A stretch of DNA of 64,000 bases from Camelus dromedarius (taxonomy: Eukaryota), in assembly GCF_036321535.1 (NCBI RefSeq), contig NC_087436.1, forward strand, positions 1,364,001-1,428,000, in the 5' to 3' direction. The position numbers and the translations under genes were made by a program. The notes below the pieces were generated by a model that saw only the letters and a list, made by a program, of their open reading frames with translations, was not told where the DNA came from and searched no databases. Each line of letters opens with the position of its first letter. Position 1 is the stretch's first letter. Shown in pieces: positions 51,801 to 64,000 of the stretch.

Positions 51801-53116
51801 TCACACACACTTATCTCTCAGAACTGAGCAAGTGGAGAGACGTTCGTTCATCTAGCACCAAGGGAACGGGTTGCAGGAGACACTTTTTCTCTGCTTTCTC
51901 AGTCTGTTTCCTAGTGCCGGTTTGAAGTTCCTGCAGTTTTCACTGTGAAACCGAGTTGGAGCTTCTTCCTTCCCATATATATGTATGGAATGGAGTTTGC
52001 AACTGAAAAGAAACTTTGTGTTCCCAACAAGCTAGGTGAAGGACGGCTTTCACACACACTTATCTCTCAGAACAGAGCAATTGGAGAGACGTTCGTTCAT
52101 CTAGCACCAAGGGAACGGGTTGCAGGAGACACTTTTTCTCTGTTTTCTCAGTCTGTTTCCTAGTGCCGGTTTGAAGTTCCTGCAGTTTTCACTGTGAATC
52201 CGAGTTGGAGCTTCTACCTCCCCATATATATGTATGGAATGGAGTTTGCAACTGAAAAGTAACTTTGTGTTCCCTACAAGCAAGGTGAAGGACGGCATTC
52301 ACACACACTTATCTCTCAGAACTGAGCAAGTGGAGAGACGTTCGTTCATCTAGCACCAAGGGAAAGGGTTGCAGGAAACACTTTTTCTCTGCTTTCTCAG
52401 TCTGTTTCCTAGTGCCGGTTTGAAGTTCCTGCAGTTTTCACTGTCAAACCGAGTTGGAGCTAGTACCTCCCCATATATATGTATGGAATGGAGTTTGCAA
52501 CTGAAAAGAAACTTTGTGTTCCCAACAAGCTAGATGAAGGACGGCTTTCACACACATTTATCTCTCAGAACTGAGCAAGTGGAGAGACGTTCGTTCATGT
52601 AGCACCAAGGGAACGGGTTGCAGGAGACACTTTTTCTCTGCTTTCTCAGTCTGTTTCCTAGTGCCTGTTAGAAGTTCCTGCAGTTTTCACTGTCAAACCG
52701 TGTTGGAGCTAGTACCTCCCCATATATATGTATGGAATGGAGTTTGCAACTGAAAAGAAACTTTGTGTTCCCAACAAGCTAGGTGAAGGACGGCTTTCAC
52801 ACACACTTATCTCTCAGAACTGAGCAAGTGGAGAGACGTTCGTTCATCTAGCACCAAGGGAACGGGTTGCAGGAGACACTTTATCTCTGCTTTCTCAGTC
52901 TGTTTCCTAGTGCCGGTTTAAAGTTCCTGCAGTTTTCACTGTAAAACCGAGTTGGAGCTAGTACCTCCCCATATATATGTATGGAATGGAGTTTGCAACT
53001 GAAAAGAAACTTTGTGTTCCCAACAAGCTAGGTGAAGGACGGCTTTCACACACACTTATCTCTCAGAACTGAGCAAGTGGAGAGACGTTCGTTCATCTAG
53101 CACCAAGGGAACGGGT
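45825..53116. repeat. Tandem duplication of a 15-monomer block (3728-bp period) containing an internal 497-bp dimer duplication
   Basis: Markers ACCTGCCAT, TTCTGTCTG, GAAGGTCGG, CCATAGATA, GGAGGCAC, AAGCTGGTG and CGGCATTC recur at +3728 (= 15x249-7; the seven deleted bases are visible). ORF pairs are 45889/49617, 47720/51448 and 48373/52101. The internal pair is 47720/48217. Confidence 0.92.
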
Positions 53117-53352
53117 TGCAGGAGACACTTTTTCTCTGCTTTCTCAGTGTGTTTCCTAGTGCCGGTTTGAAGTTCCTGCAGTTTTCACTGTAAAACCGAG
53201 TTGGAGCTAGTACCTCCCCATATATATGTATGGAATGGAGTTTGCAACTGAAAAGAAACTTTGTGTTCCCAACAAGCTAGTTGAAGGACGGCTTTCACAC
53301 ACACTTATCTCTCAGAACTGAGCAAGTGGAGAGAAGTTCGTTCATCTAGCAC

Positions 53353-56170
53353 AAACGGAACGGGTTGCAGGAGACACTTTTTCTCTGCTTTCTCAGTCTG
53401 TTTCCTAGTGCCGGTTTGAAGTTCCTGCAGTTTTCACTGTAAAACCGAGTTGGAGCTAGTACCTCCCCATATATATGTATGGAATGGAGTTTGCAACTGA
53501 AAAGAAACTTTGTGTTCCCAACAAGCTAGGTGAAGGACGGCTTTCACACACACTTATCTCTCAGAACTGAGCAAGTGGAGAGACGTTCGTTCATCTAGCA
53601 GCAAGGGAACGGTTTGCAGGAGACACTTTTTCTCTGCTTTCTCAGTCTGTTTCCAAGTGCCGGTTTAAAGTTCCTGCAGTTTTCACTGTCAAACCGAGTT
53701 GGAGCTAGTACCTCCCCATATATATGTATGGAATTGAGTTGGCAACTGAAAAGAAACTTTGTGTTCCCAACAAGCTAGGTGAAGGACGGCTTTCACACAC
53801 ATTTATCTCTCAGAACTGAGCAAGTGGAGAGACGTTCTTTCATGTAGCACCAAGGGAACGGGTTGCAGGAGGCACTTTTTCTCTGCTTCCTCAGTCTGTT
53901 TCCTAGTGCCGGTTTGAAGTTCCTGCAGTTTTCACTGTAAAACCGAGTTGGAGCTTGTACCTCCCCATATATATGTATGGAATGGAGTTTGCAACTGAAA
54001 AGAAACTTTGTGTTCCCAACAAGCTAGGTGAAGGACGGCTTTCACACACACTTATCTCTCAGAACTGAGCAAGTGGAGAGACGTTCGTTCATGTAGCACA
54101 AAGGGAACGGGTTGCAGGTTACACTTTTTCTCTGCTTTCTCAGTCTGTTTCCTAGTGCCGGTTTTAAGTTCCTGCAGTTTTCACTGTAAAACCGAGTTGG
54201 AGCTTCTACCTCCCCATATATATGTATGGAATGGAGTTTGCAACTGAAAAGAAACTTTGTGTTCCCAACAAGCAAGGTGAAGTACGGCTTTCACACACAC
54301 TTATCTCTCAGAACTGAGCAAGTGGAGAGACGTTCGTTCATCTAGCACCAAGGGAACGGGTAGCAGGAGACACTTTATCTCTGCTTTCTCAGTCTGTTTC
54401 CTAGTGCCGGTTTAAAGTTCCTGCAGTTTTCACTGTAAAACAGAGTTGGAGCTAGTACCTCCCCATATATATGTATGGAATGGAGTTTGCAACTGAAAAG
54501 AAACTTTGTGTTCCCAACAAGCTGGTGAAGGACGGCTTTCACACACACTTATCTCTCAGAACTGAGCAAGTGGAGAGACGTTCGTTCATCTAGCACCAAG
54601 GGAACGGGTTGCAGGAGACACTTTTTCTCTGCTTTCTCAGTCTGTTTCCTAGTGCCGGTTTGAAGTTCCTGCAGTTTTCACTGTGAAACCGAGTTGGAGC
54701 TTCTACCTTCCCATATATATGTATGGAATGGAGTTTGCAACTGAAAAGAAACTTTGTGTTCCCAACAAGCTAGGTGAAGGACGGCTTTCACACACACTTA
54801 TCTCTCAGAACAGAGCAATTGGAGAGACGTTCGTTCATCTAGCACCAAGGGAACGGGTTGCAGGAGACACTTTTTCTCTGTTTTCTCAGTCTGTTTCCTA
54901 GTGCCGGTTTGAAGTTCCTGCAGTTTTCACTGTGAATCCGAGTTGGAGCTTCTACCTCCCCATATATATGTATGGAATGGAGTTTGCAACTGAAAAGTAA
55001 CTTTGTGTTCCCTACAAGCAAGGTGAAGGACGGCATTCACACACACTTATCTCTCAGAACTGAGCAAGTGGAGAGACGTTCGTTCATCTAGCACCAAGGG
55101 AAAGGGTTGCAGGAAACACTTTTTCTCTGCTTTCTCAGTCTGTTTCCTAGTGCCGGTTTGAAGTTCCTGCAGTTTTCACTGTCAAACCGAGTTGGAGCTA
55201 GTACCTCCCCATATATATGTATGGAATGGAGTTTGCAACTGAAAAGAAACTTTGTGTTCCCAACAAGCTAGATGAAGGACGGCTTTCACACACATTTATC
55301 TCTCAGAACTGAGCAAGTGGAGAGACGTTCGTTCATGTAGCACCAAGGGAACGGGTTGCAGGAGACACTTTTTCTCTGCTTTCTCAGTCTGTTTCCTAGT
55401 GCCTGTTAGAAGTTCCTGCAGTTTTCACTGTCAAACCGTGTTGGAGCTAGTACCTCCCCATATATATGTATGGAATGGAGTTTGCAACTGAAAAGAAACT
55501 TTGTGTTCCCAACAAGCTAGGTGAAGGACGGCTTTCACACACACTTATCTCTCAGAAATGAGCAAGTGGAGAGACGTTCGTTCATCTAGCACCAAGGGAA
55601 CGGGTTGCAGGAGACACTTTATCTCTGCTTTCTCAGTCTGTTTCCTAGTGCCGGTTTAAAGTTCCTGCAGTTTTCACTGTAAAACCGAGTTGGAGCTAGT
55701 ACCTCCCCATATATATGTATGGAATGGAGTTTGCAACTGAAAAGAAACTTTGTGTTCCCAACAAGCTAGGTGAAGGACGGCTTTCACACACACTTATCTC
55801 TCAGAACTGAGCAAGTGGAGAGACGTTCGTTCATCTAGCACCAAGGGAACGGGTTGCAGGAGACACTTTTTCTCTGCTTTCTCAGTGTGTTTCCTAGTGC
55901 CGGTTTGAAGTTCCTGCAGTTTTCACTGTAAAACCGAGTTGGAGCTAGTACCTCCCCATATATATGTATGGAATGGAGTTTGCAACTGAAAAGAAACTTT
56001 GTGTTCCCAACAAGCTAGTTGAAGGACGGCTTTCACACACACTTATCTCTCAGAACTGAGCAAGTGGAGAGAAGTTCGTTCATCTAGCACAAACGGAACG
56101 GGTTGCAGGAGACACTTTTTCTCTGCTTTCTCAGTCTGTTTCCTAGTGCCGGTTTGAAGTTCCTGCAGTT
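53353..56170. repeat. 11-monomer sister copy of the preceding block (2738-bp offset)
   Basis: ACAAACGGAACG at ~53351 and ~56089. ORFs 52101/54839 are identical. GCAGCAAG/CCAAGTG, GGAGGCAC, CAGAGCAATT, CGGCATTC and CTAGATG occur in the same order. Confidence 0.85.
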
Positions 56171-57349
56171 TTCACTGTCAAACCGAGTTGGAGCTAGTAC
56201 CTCCCCATATATATGTATGGAATTGAGTTGGCAACTGAAAAGAAACTTTGTGTTCCCAACAAGCTAGGTGAAGGACGGCTTTCACACACACTTATCTCTC
56301 AGAACTGAGCAAGTGGAGAGACGTTCTTTCATGTAGCACCAAGGGAACGGGTTGCAGGAGACACTTTTTCTCTGCTTCCTCAGTCTCTTTCCTAGTGCCG
56401 GTTTGAAGTTCCTGCAGTTTTCACTGTAAAATCGAGTTGGAGCTTGTACCTCCCCATATATATGTATGGAATGGAGTTTGCAACTGAAAAGAAACTTTGT
56501 GTTCCCAACAAGCTTGGTGAAGGACGGCTTTCACACACACTTATCTCTCAGAACTGAGCAAGTGGAGAGACTTTCGTTCATGTAGCACAAAGGGAACGGG
56601 TTGCAGGAGACACTATTTCTCTATTTCTCAGTCTGTTTCCTAGTGCCGGTTTGAAGTTCCTGCAGTTTTCACTCTCAAACCGAGTTGGAGCTAGTACCTC
56701 CCCATATATATGTATGGAATTGAGTTGGCAACTGAAAAGAAACTTTGTGTTCCCAACAATCTAGGTGAAGGACGGCTTTCACACACACTTATCTCTCAGA
56801 ACTGAGCAAGTGGAGAGACGTTCGTTCATGTAGCACCAAGGGAACGGGTTGCAGGAGACACTTTTTCTCTGCTTTCTCAGTCTGTTTCCTAGTGCCGGTA
56901 TGAAGTTCCTGCAGTTTTCACTGTCAAACCGAGTTGGAGCTAGTACCTCCCCATATATATGTATGGAATGGAGTTTGCAACTGAAAAGAAACTTTGTGTT
57001 CCCAACAAGCTAGGTGAAGGACGGCTTTCACACACACTTATCTCTCAGAACTGAGCTAGTGGAGAGACGTTCGTTCATCTAGCAACAAGGGAACGGGTTG
57101 CAGGTGACACTTTTTCTCTGCTTTCTCAGTCTATTTCCTACTCCCGGTTTGAGGTTCCTGCAGTTTTCACTGTCAAACCGAGTTGGAGCTAGTACCTCCC
57201 CTTATATATGTATGGAATGGAGTTGGCAACCGAAAAGAAACTTTGTGTTCCCAACAAGCTAGGTGAAGGACGGCTTTCACACACACTTATCTCTCAGAAC
57301 TGAGCAAGTGGAGAGACGTTCGTTCATCTAGCACCAAGGGAACGGGTTG

Positions 57350-60300
57350 CAGGAGACACTTTTTCTCTGCTTTCTCAGTCTGTTTCCTAGTGCCGGTTTG
57401 AAGTTCCTGCAGTTTTCACTGTAAAACCGTGTTGGAGCTTGTACCTCCCCATATATATGTATGGAATGGAGTTTGCAACTGAAAAGAAACTTTGTGTTCC
57501 CAACAAGCTAGGTGAAGGACGGCTTTCACACACACTTATCTCTCAGAACTGAGCAAGTGGAGAGACGTTCGTTCATCTAGCACCAAGGGAACGGGTTGCA
57601 GGAGACACTTTTTCTCTGCTTTCTCAGTCTGTTTCCTAGTGCCGGTTTGAAGTTCCTGCAGTTTTCACTGTAAAACCGAGTTGGAGCTTCTACCTCCCCA
57701 TATATATGTATGGAATGGAGTTTGCAACTGAAAAGAAACTTTGTGTTCCCAACAAGCTAGGTGAAGGGCGGCTTTCACACACACGTATCTCTCAGAACAG
57801 AGCAAGTGGAGAGACGTTCGTTCATCTAGCACCAAGGGAACGGGTTGCAGGAGACACTTTTTCTCTGCTTTCTCAGTCTGTTTCCTAGTGCCGGTTTGAA
57901 GTTCCTGCAGTTTTCACTGTGAAACCGAGTTGGAGCTAGTACCTCCCCATATATATGTATGGAATGGAGTTTGCAACTGAAAAGAAACTTTGTGTTCCCA
58001 ACAAGCTAGTTGAAGGACGGCTTTCACACACACATATCTCTCAGAACTGAGCAAGTGGAGAGACGTTCGTTCATCTAGCACCAAGGGAACGGGTTGCAGG
58101 AGACACTTTTTCTCTGCTTCCTCAGTCTGTTTCCTAGTGCCGGTTTGAAGTTCGTGCAGTTTTCACTGTAAAACCGAGTTGGAGCATGTACCTCCCCATA
58201 TATATGTATGGAATGGAGTTTGCAACTGAAAAGAAACTTTGTGTTCCCAACAAGCTAGGTGAAGGACGGCTTTCACACACACTTATCTCTCAGAACTGAG
58301 CAAGTGGAGAGACGTTCGTTCATCCAGCACCAAGGGAACGGGTTGCAGGAGACACGTTTTCTCTGCTTTCTCAGTCTGTTTCCTAGTGCCGGTTTGAAGT
58401 TCCTGCAGTTATCACTGTAAAACCGAGTTGGAGCTTGTACCTCCCCATATATATGTATGGAATGGAGTTGGCAACTGAAAAGAAACTTTGTGTTCCCAAC
58501 AAGCTAGGTGAAGGACGGCTTTCACACCCACTTATCTCTAAGAACTGAGCAAGTGGAGAGACGTTCGTTCATCTAGCACCAAGGGAACGGGTTGCAGGAG
58601 ACACTTTTTCTCTGTTTTCTCAGTCTGTTTCCTAGTGCCGGTTTGAAGTTCCTGCAGTTTTCACTGTGAAACCGAGTTGGAGCTTCTACCTCCCCATATA
58701 TATGTATGGAATGGAGTTTGCAACTGAAAAGAAACTTTCAGTTCCCAACAAGCAAGGTGAAGGACGGTTTTCACACACACTTATCTCTCAGAACTGAGCA
58801 AGTGGAGAGACGTTCGTTCATCTAGCACCAAGGGAACGGGTTGCAGGAGACACTTTATCTCTGCTTTCTCAGTCTGTTTCCTAGTGCCGGTTTGAAGTTC
58901 CTGCAGTTTTCACTGTCAAACCGTGTTGGAGCTAGTACCTCCCCATATATATGTATGGAATGGAGTTTGCAACTGAAAAGAAACCTTGTGTTCCCAACAA
59001 GCTAGGTGAAGGACGGCTTTCACACACACTTATCTCCCAGAACTGAGCAAGTGGAGAGACGTTCGTTCATCTAGCACCAAGGGAACGGGTTGCAGGAGAC
59101 ACTTTTTCTCTGCTCTCTCAGTCTGTTTCCTAGTGCCGGTTTGAAGTTCCTGCAATTTTCACTGTAAAACCGAGTTGGAGCTAGTACCTCCCCATATATA
59201 TGTATGGAATGGAGTTTGCAACTGAAAAGAAACTTTGTGTTCCCAACAAGCTAGGTGAAGGACGGCTTTCACACACACTTATCTCTCAGAACTGAGCAAG
59301 TGGAGAGACGTTCGTTCATCTAGTACCAAGGGAAGGGGTTGCAGGAGACACTTTTTCTCTGCCTTCTCAGTCTGTTTCCTAGTGCCGGTTTGAAGTACCT
59401 GCAGTTTTCACTGTCGAACCGAGTTGGTGCTAGTACCTCCCCATATATATGTATGGAATGGTGTTTGCAACTGAAAAGAAACTTTGTGTTCCCCACAAGC
59501 TTTTTGAAGGACGGCTTTCACACACAATTATCTCTCAGAACTGAGCAAGTGGAGAGACGTTCTTTCATGTAGCACCAAGGGAACGGGTTGCAGGAGACAC
59601 TTTTTCTCTGCTTTCTCAGTCTGTTTCCTAGTGCCGGTTTGAAGTTCCTGCAGTTTTCACTGTAAAACCGTGTTGGAGCTTGTACCTCCCCATATATATG
59701 TATGGAATGGAGTTTGCAACTGAAAAGAAACTTTGTGTTCCCAACAAGCTAGGTGAAGGACGGCTTTCACACACACTTATCTCTCAGAACTGAGCAAGTG
59801 GAGAGACGTTCGTTCATCTAGCACCAAGGGAACGGGTTGCAGGAGACACTTTTTCTCTGCTTTCTCAGTCTGTTTCCTAGTGCCGGTTTGAAGTTCCTGC
59901 AGTTTTCACTGTAAAACCGAGTTGGAGCTTCTACCTCCCCATATATATGTATGGAATGGAGTTTGCAACTGAAAAGAAACTTTGTGTTCCCAACAAGCTA
60001 GGTGAAGGACGGCTTTCACACACACTTATCTCTCAGAACAGAGCAAGTGGAGAGACGTTCGTTCATCTAGCACCAAGGGAACGGGTTGCAGGAGACACTT
60101 TTTCTCTGCTTTCTCAGTCTGTTTCCTAGTGCCGGTTTGAAGTTCCTGCAGTTTTCACTGTGAAACCGAGTTGGAGCTAGTACCTCCCCATATATATGTA
60201 TGGAATGGAGTTTGCAACTGAAAAGAAACTTTGTGTTCCCAACAAGCTAGTTGAAGGACGGCTTTCACACACACATATCTCTCAGAACTGAGCAAGTGGA

Positions 60301-61540
60301 GAGACGTTCGTTCATCCAGCACCAAGGGAACGGGTTGCAGGAGACACTTTTTCTCTGCTTCCTCAGTCTGTTTCCTAGTGCCGGTTTGAAGTTCGTGCAG
60401 TTTTCACTGTAAAACCGAGTTGGAGCATGTACCTCCCCATATATATGTATGGAATGGAGTTTGCAACTGAAAAGAAACTTTGTGTTCCCAACAAGCTAGG
60501 TGAAGGACGGCTTTCACACACACTTATCTCTCAGAACTGAGCAAGTGGAGAGACGTTCGTTCATCCAGCACCAAGGGAACGGGTTGCAGGAGACACGTTT
60601 TCTCTGCTTTCTCAGTCTGTTTCCTAGTGCCGGTTTGAAGTTCCTGCAGTTATCACTGTAAAACCGAGTTGGAGCTTGTACCTCCCCATATATATGTATG
60701 GAATGGAGTTGGCAACTGAAAAGAAACTTTGTGTTCCCAACAAGCTAGGTGAAGGACGGCTTTCACACCCACTTATCTCTAAGAACTGAGCAAGTGGAGA
60801 GACGTTCGTTCATCTAGCACCAAGGGAACGGGTTGCAGGAGACACTTTTTCTCTGTTTTCTCAGTCTGTTTCCTAGTGCCGGTTTGAAGTTCCTGCAGTT
60901 TTCACTGTGAAACCGAGTTGGAGCTTCTACCTCCCCATATATATGTATGGAATGGAGTTTGCAACTGAAAAGAAACTTGCAGTTCCCAACAAGCAAGGTG
61001 AAGGACGGTTTTCACACACACTTATCTCTCAGAACTGAGCAAGTGGAGAGACGTTCGTTCATCTAGCACCAAGGGAACGGGTTGCAGGAGACACTTTATC
61101 TCTGCTTTCTCAGTCTGTTTCCTAGTGCCGGTTTGAAGTTCCTGCAGTTTTCACTGTGAAACCGAGTTGGAGCTAGTACCTCCCCATATATATGTATGGA
61201 ATGGAGTTTGCAACTGAAAAGAATCCTTGTGTTCCCAACAAGCTAGGTGAAGGACGGCTTTCACACACACTTATCTCCCAGAACTGAGCAAGTGGAGAGA
61301 CGTTCGTTCATCTAGCACCAAGGGAACGGGTTGCAGGAGACACTTTTCCTCTGCTTTCTCAGTATGTTTCCTAGTGCCGGTTTGAAGTACCTGCAGTTTT
61401 CACTGTCGAACCGAGTTGGTGCTAGTACCTCCCCATATATATGTATGGAATGGAGTTTGCAACTGAAAAGAAACTTTGTGTTCCCCACAAGCTTTTTGAA
61501 GGACGGCTTTCACACACAATTATCTCTCAGAACTGAGCAA
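57350..61540. repeat. 9-monomer (2241 bp) duplication whose second copy is one monomer shorter
   Basis: CCGTGTTGGAGCTTG, GTTCGTGCA/GAGCATGTA, CACCCAC/CTCTAAG and CTCCCAG recur at +2241. GAAGTACC/GTCGAAC/TTGGTGC/GCTTTTTG recur at +1992. Confidence 0.85.
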
Positions 61541-64000
61541 GTGGAGAGACGTTCGTTCATCTAGGACCAAGGGAACGGGTTGCAGGAGACACTTTTTCTC
61601 TGCTTTCTCAGTCTGTTTCCTAGTGCCGGTTTGAAGTTCCTGCAGTTTTCACTGTAAAACCGAGTTGGAGCTAGTACCTCCCCATATATATTTATGGAAT
61701 GGAGTTTGCAACTGAAAAGAAACTTTGTGTTCCCAACAAGCTAGGTGAAGGACGGCTTTCACACACACTTATCTCTCAGAACTGAGCAAGTTGAGAGACG
61801 TTCGTTCATCTAGCACCAAGGGAACGGGTTGCAGGAGACACTTTTTCTCTGCTTTCTCAGTCTGTTTCCTAGTGCCGGTTTGAAGTTCCTGCAGTTTTCA
61901 CTGTCAAACCGAGTTGGAGATAGTACCTCCCCATATATATGTATGGAATGGAGTTTGCAACTGAAAAGAAACTTTGTGTTCCCCACAAGCTTTTTGAAGG
62001 ACGGCTTTCACACACAATTATCTCTCAGAACTGAGCAAGTGGAGAGACGTTCGTTCATCTAGCACCAAGGGAACGGGTTGCAGGAGACACTTTTTCTCTG
62101 CTTTCTCAGTCTGTTTCCTAGGGCCGGTTTGATGTTCCTGCAGTTTTCACTGTCAAACCGAGTTGGAGCTAGTTCCTCCCCATATATATGTATGGAATGG
62201 AGTTTGCAACTGAAAAGAAACTTTGTGTTCCCAACAAGCTAGGTGAAGGACGGCTTTCACACACACTTATCTCTCAGAACTGAGCAAGTGGAGAGACGTT
62301 CGTTCATCTAGCACCAAGGGAACGGGTTGCAGGAGACACTTTTTCTCTGCTTTCTCAGTCTGTTTCCTAGTGCCGGTTAGAAGTTCCTGCAGTTTTCACT
62401 GTAAAACCGAGTTGGAGCTAGTACCTCCCCATATATATGTATGGAATGGAGTTTGCAACTGAAAAGAAACTTTGTGTTCCCCAAAAGCTAGGTGAAGGAC
62501 GGCTTTCACACACACTTATCTCTCAGAACTGAGCAAGTGGAGAGACGTTCGTTCATCTAGCACCAAGGGAACGGGTTGCAGGAGACACTTTTTCTCTGCT
62601 TTCTCAGTCTGTTTCCTAGTGCCGGTTTGAAGTTCCTGCAGTTTTCACTGTCAAACAGAGTTGGAGATAGTACCTCCCCATATATATGTATGGAATGGAG
62701 TTTGCAACTGAAAAGAAACTTTGTGTTCCCAACAAGCTAGGTGAAGGACGGCTTTCACACACACTTATCTCTCAGAACTGAGCAAGTGGAGAGACGTTCG
62801 TTCATCTAGCACCAAGGGAACGGGTTGCAGGAGACACTTTTTCTCTGCTTTCTCAGTCTGTTTCCTAGGGCCGGTTTGAAGTTCCTGCAGTTTTCACTGT
62901 CAAACCGAGTTGGAGCTAGTACCTCCCCATATATATGTATGGAATGGAGTTTGCAACTGAAAAGAAACTTTGTGTTCCCAACAAGCTAGGTGAAGGACGG
63001 CTTTCACACACACTTATCTCTCAGAACTGAGCAAGTGGAGAGACGTTCGTTCATCTAGCACCAAGGGAACGGGTTGCAGGAGACACTTTTTCTCTGCTTT
63101 CTCAGTCTGTTTCCTAGTGCCGGTTTGAAGTTCCTGCAGTTTTCACTGTAAAACCGAGTTGGAGCTTCTACCTCCCCATATATATGTATGGAATGGAGTT
63201 TGCAACTGAAAAGAAACTTTGTGTTCCCAACAAGCTAGGTGAAGGACGGCTTTCACACACACTTATCTCTCAGAACAGAGCAAGTGGAGAGACGTTCGTT
63301 CATCTAGCACCAAGGGAACGGGTTGCAGGAGACACTTTTTCTCTGCTTTCTCAGTCTGTTTCCTAGTGCCGGTTTGAAGTTCCTGCAGTTTTCACTGTGA
63401 AACCGAGTTGGAGCTAGTACCTCCCCATATATATGTATGGAATGGAGTTTGCAACTGAAAAGAAACTTTGTGTTCCCAACAAGCTAGTTGAAGGACGGCT
63501 TTCACACACACTTATCTCTCAGAACCGAGCAAGTGGAGAGACGTTCGTTCATGTAGCACCAAGGGAACGGGTTGCAGGAGACACTTTTTCTCTGCTTTCT
63601 CAGTCTGTTTCCTAGTGCCGGTTTGAAGTTCCTGCAGTTTTCACTGTCAAACCGAGTTGGAGCTAGTACCTCCCCATATATATGTATGGAATGGAGTTTG
63701 CAACTGAAAAGAAACTTTGTGTTCCCAACAAGCTAGGTGAAGGACGGCTTTCACACCCACTTATCTCTAAGAACTGAGCAAGTGGAGAGACGTTCGTTCA
63801 TCTAGCACCAAGGGAACGGGTTGCAGGAGACACTTTTTCTCTGTTTTCTCAGTCTGTTTCCTAGTGCCGGTTTGAAGTTCCTGCAGTTTTCACTGTGAAA
63901 CCGAGTTGGAGCTTCTACCTCCCCATATATATGTATGGAATGGAGTTTGCAACTGAAAAGAAACTTTCAGTTCCCCACAAGCTTTTTGAAGGACGGCTTT

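Larger units (their letters stand above)
1..64000. repeat. 249-bp satellite DNA tandem array (257 complete monomers + partial), probably centromeric/pericentromeric; extends beyond both window edges
   Basis: The unit TTTGTGTTCCCAACAAGCTAGGTGAAGGACGG...GGAATGGAGTTTGCAACTGAAAAGAAAC restarts at 1, 250, 499, 748 ... 4981, 9961 (exact multiples of 249). The last restart is at 63965. Monomers differ from consensus by only a few substitutions. I saw no inversion or non-repeat insertion. Centromeric location is an inference from length, homogeneity and higher-order structure. Confidence 0.99.

Noticed and set aside
11919..63615. All 60-82 aa ORFs in the supplied track
   Set aside because: They are translations of the satellite in several frames on both strands. 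They appear only where a point variant removes a stop (e.g. ACTGAG>ACAGAG, TCTAG>TCCAG). 249 is divisible by 3, so the same peptides recur. There is no recognisable domain or gene context.
1..64000. CRISPR array or other repeat-spacer system
   Set aside because: There are no unique spacers. The entire 249-bp unit is repeated, and no cas or other genes are present.
1..64000. Hidden insertion, transposon or inversion within the array
   Set aside because: Monomer phase is fully accounted for by 1-2 bp indels from start to end, leaving no room for foreign sequence. All units read in the same orientation.

Overview
The whole 64 kb window is one uninterrupted head-to-tail tandem array of a 249-bp satellite monomer: 257 full copies plus 36 bp, all in the same orientation, about 45% GC, with 6 CpG per consensus unit. 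It looks like eukaryotic centromeric or pericentromeric satellite DNA. I cannot assign the family or species from sequence alone. There are no genes, RNA genes, transposons, CRISPR arrays or unique sequence, and every ORF in the track is a chance read-through of the repeat. I found no novel gene-based system. The informative structure is in the variant pattern: several local higher-order repeats (2-, 7/8-, 9-, 11/12- and 15/16-mers), spatial layers of diagnostic variants with a switch at about 23 kb, chimeric monomers at block junctions, a deletion-biased indel spectrum, and a monomer with short dyad symmetries and degenerate internal sub-repeats but no canonical CENP-B box. All comparisons were made by eye and should be confirmed by alignment.
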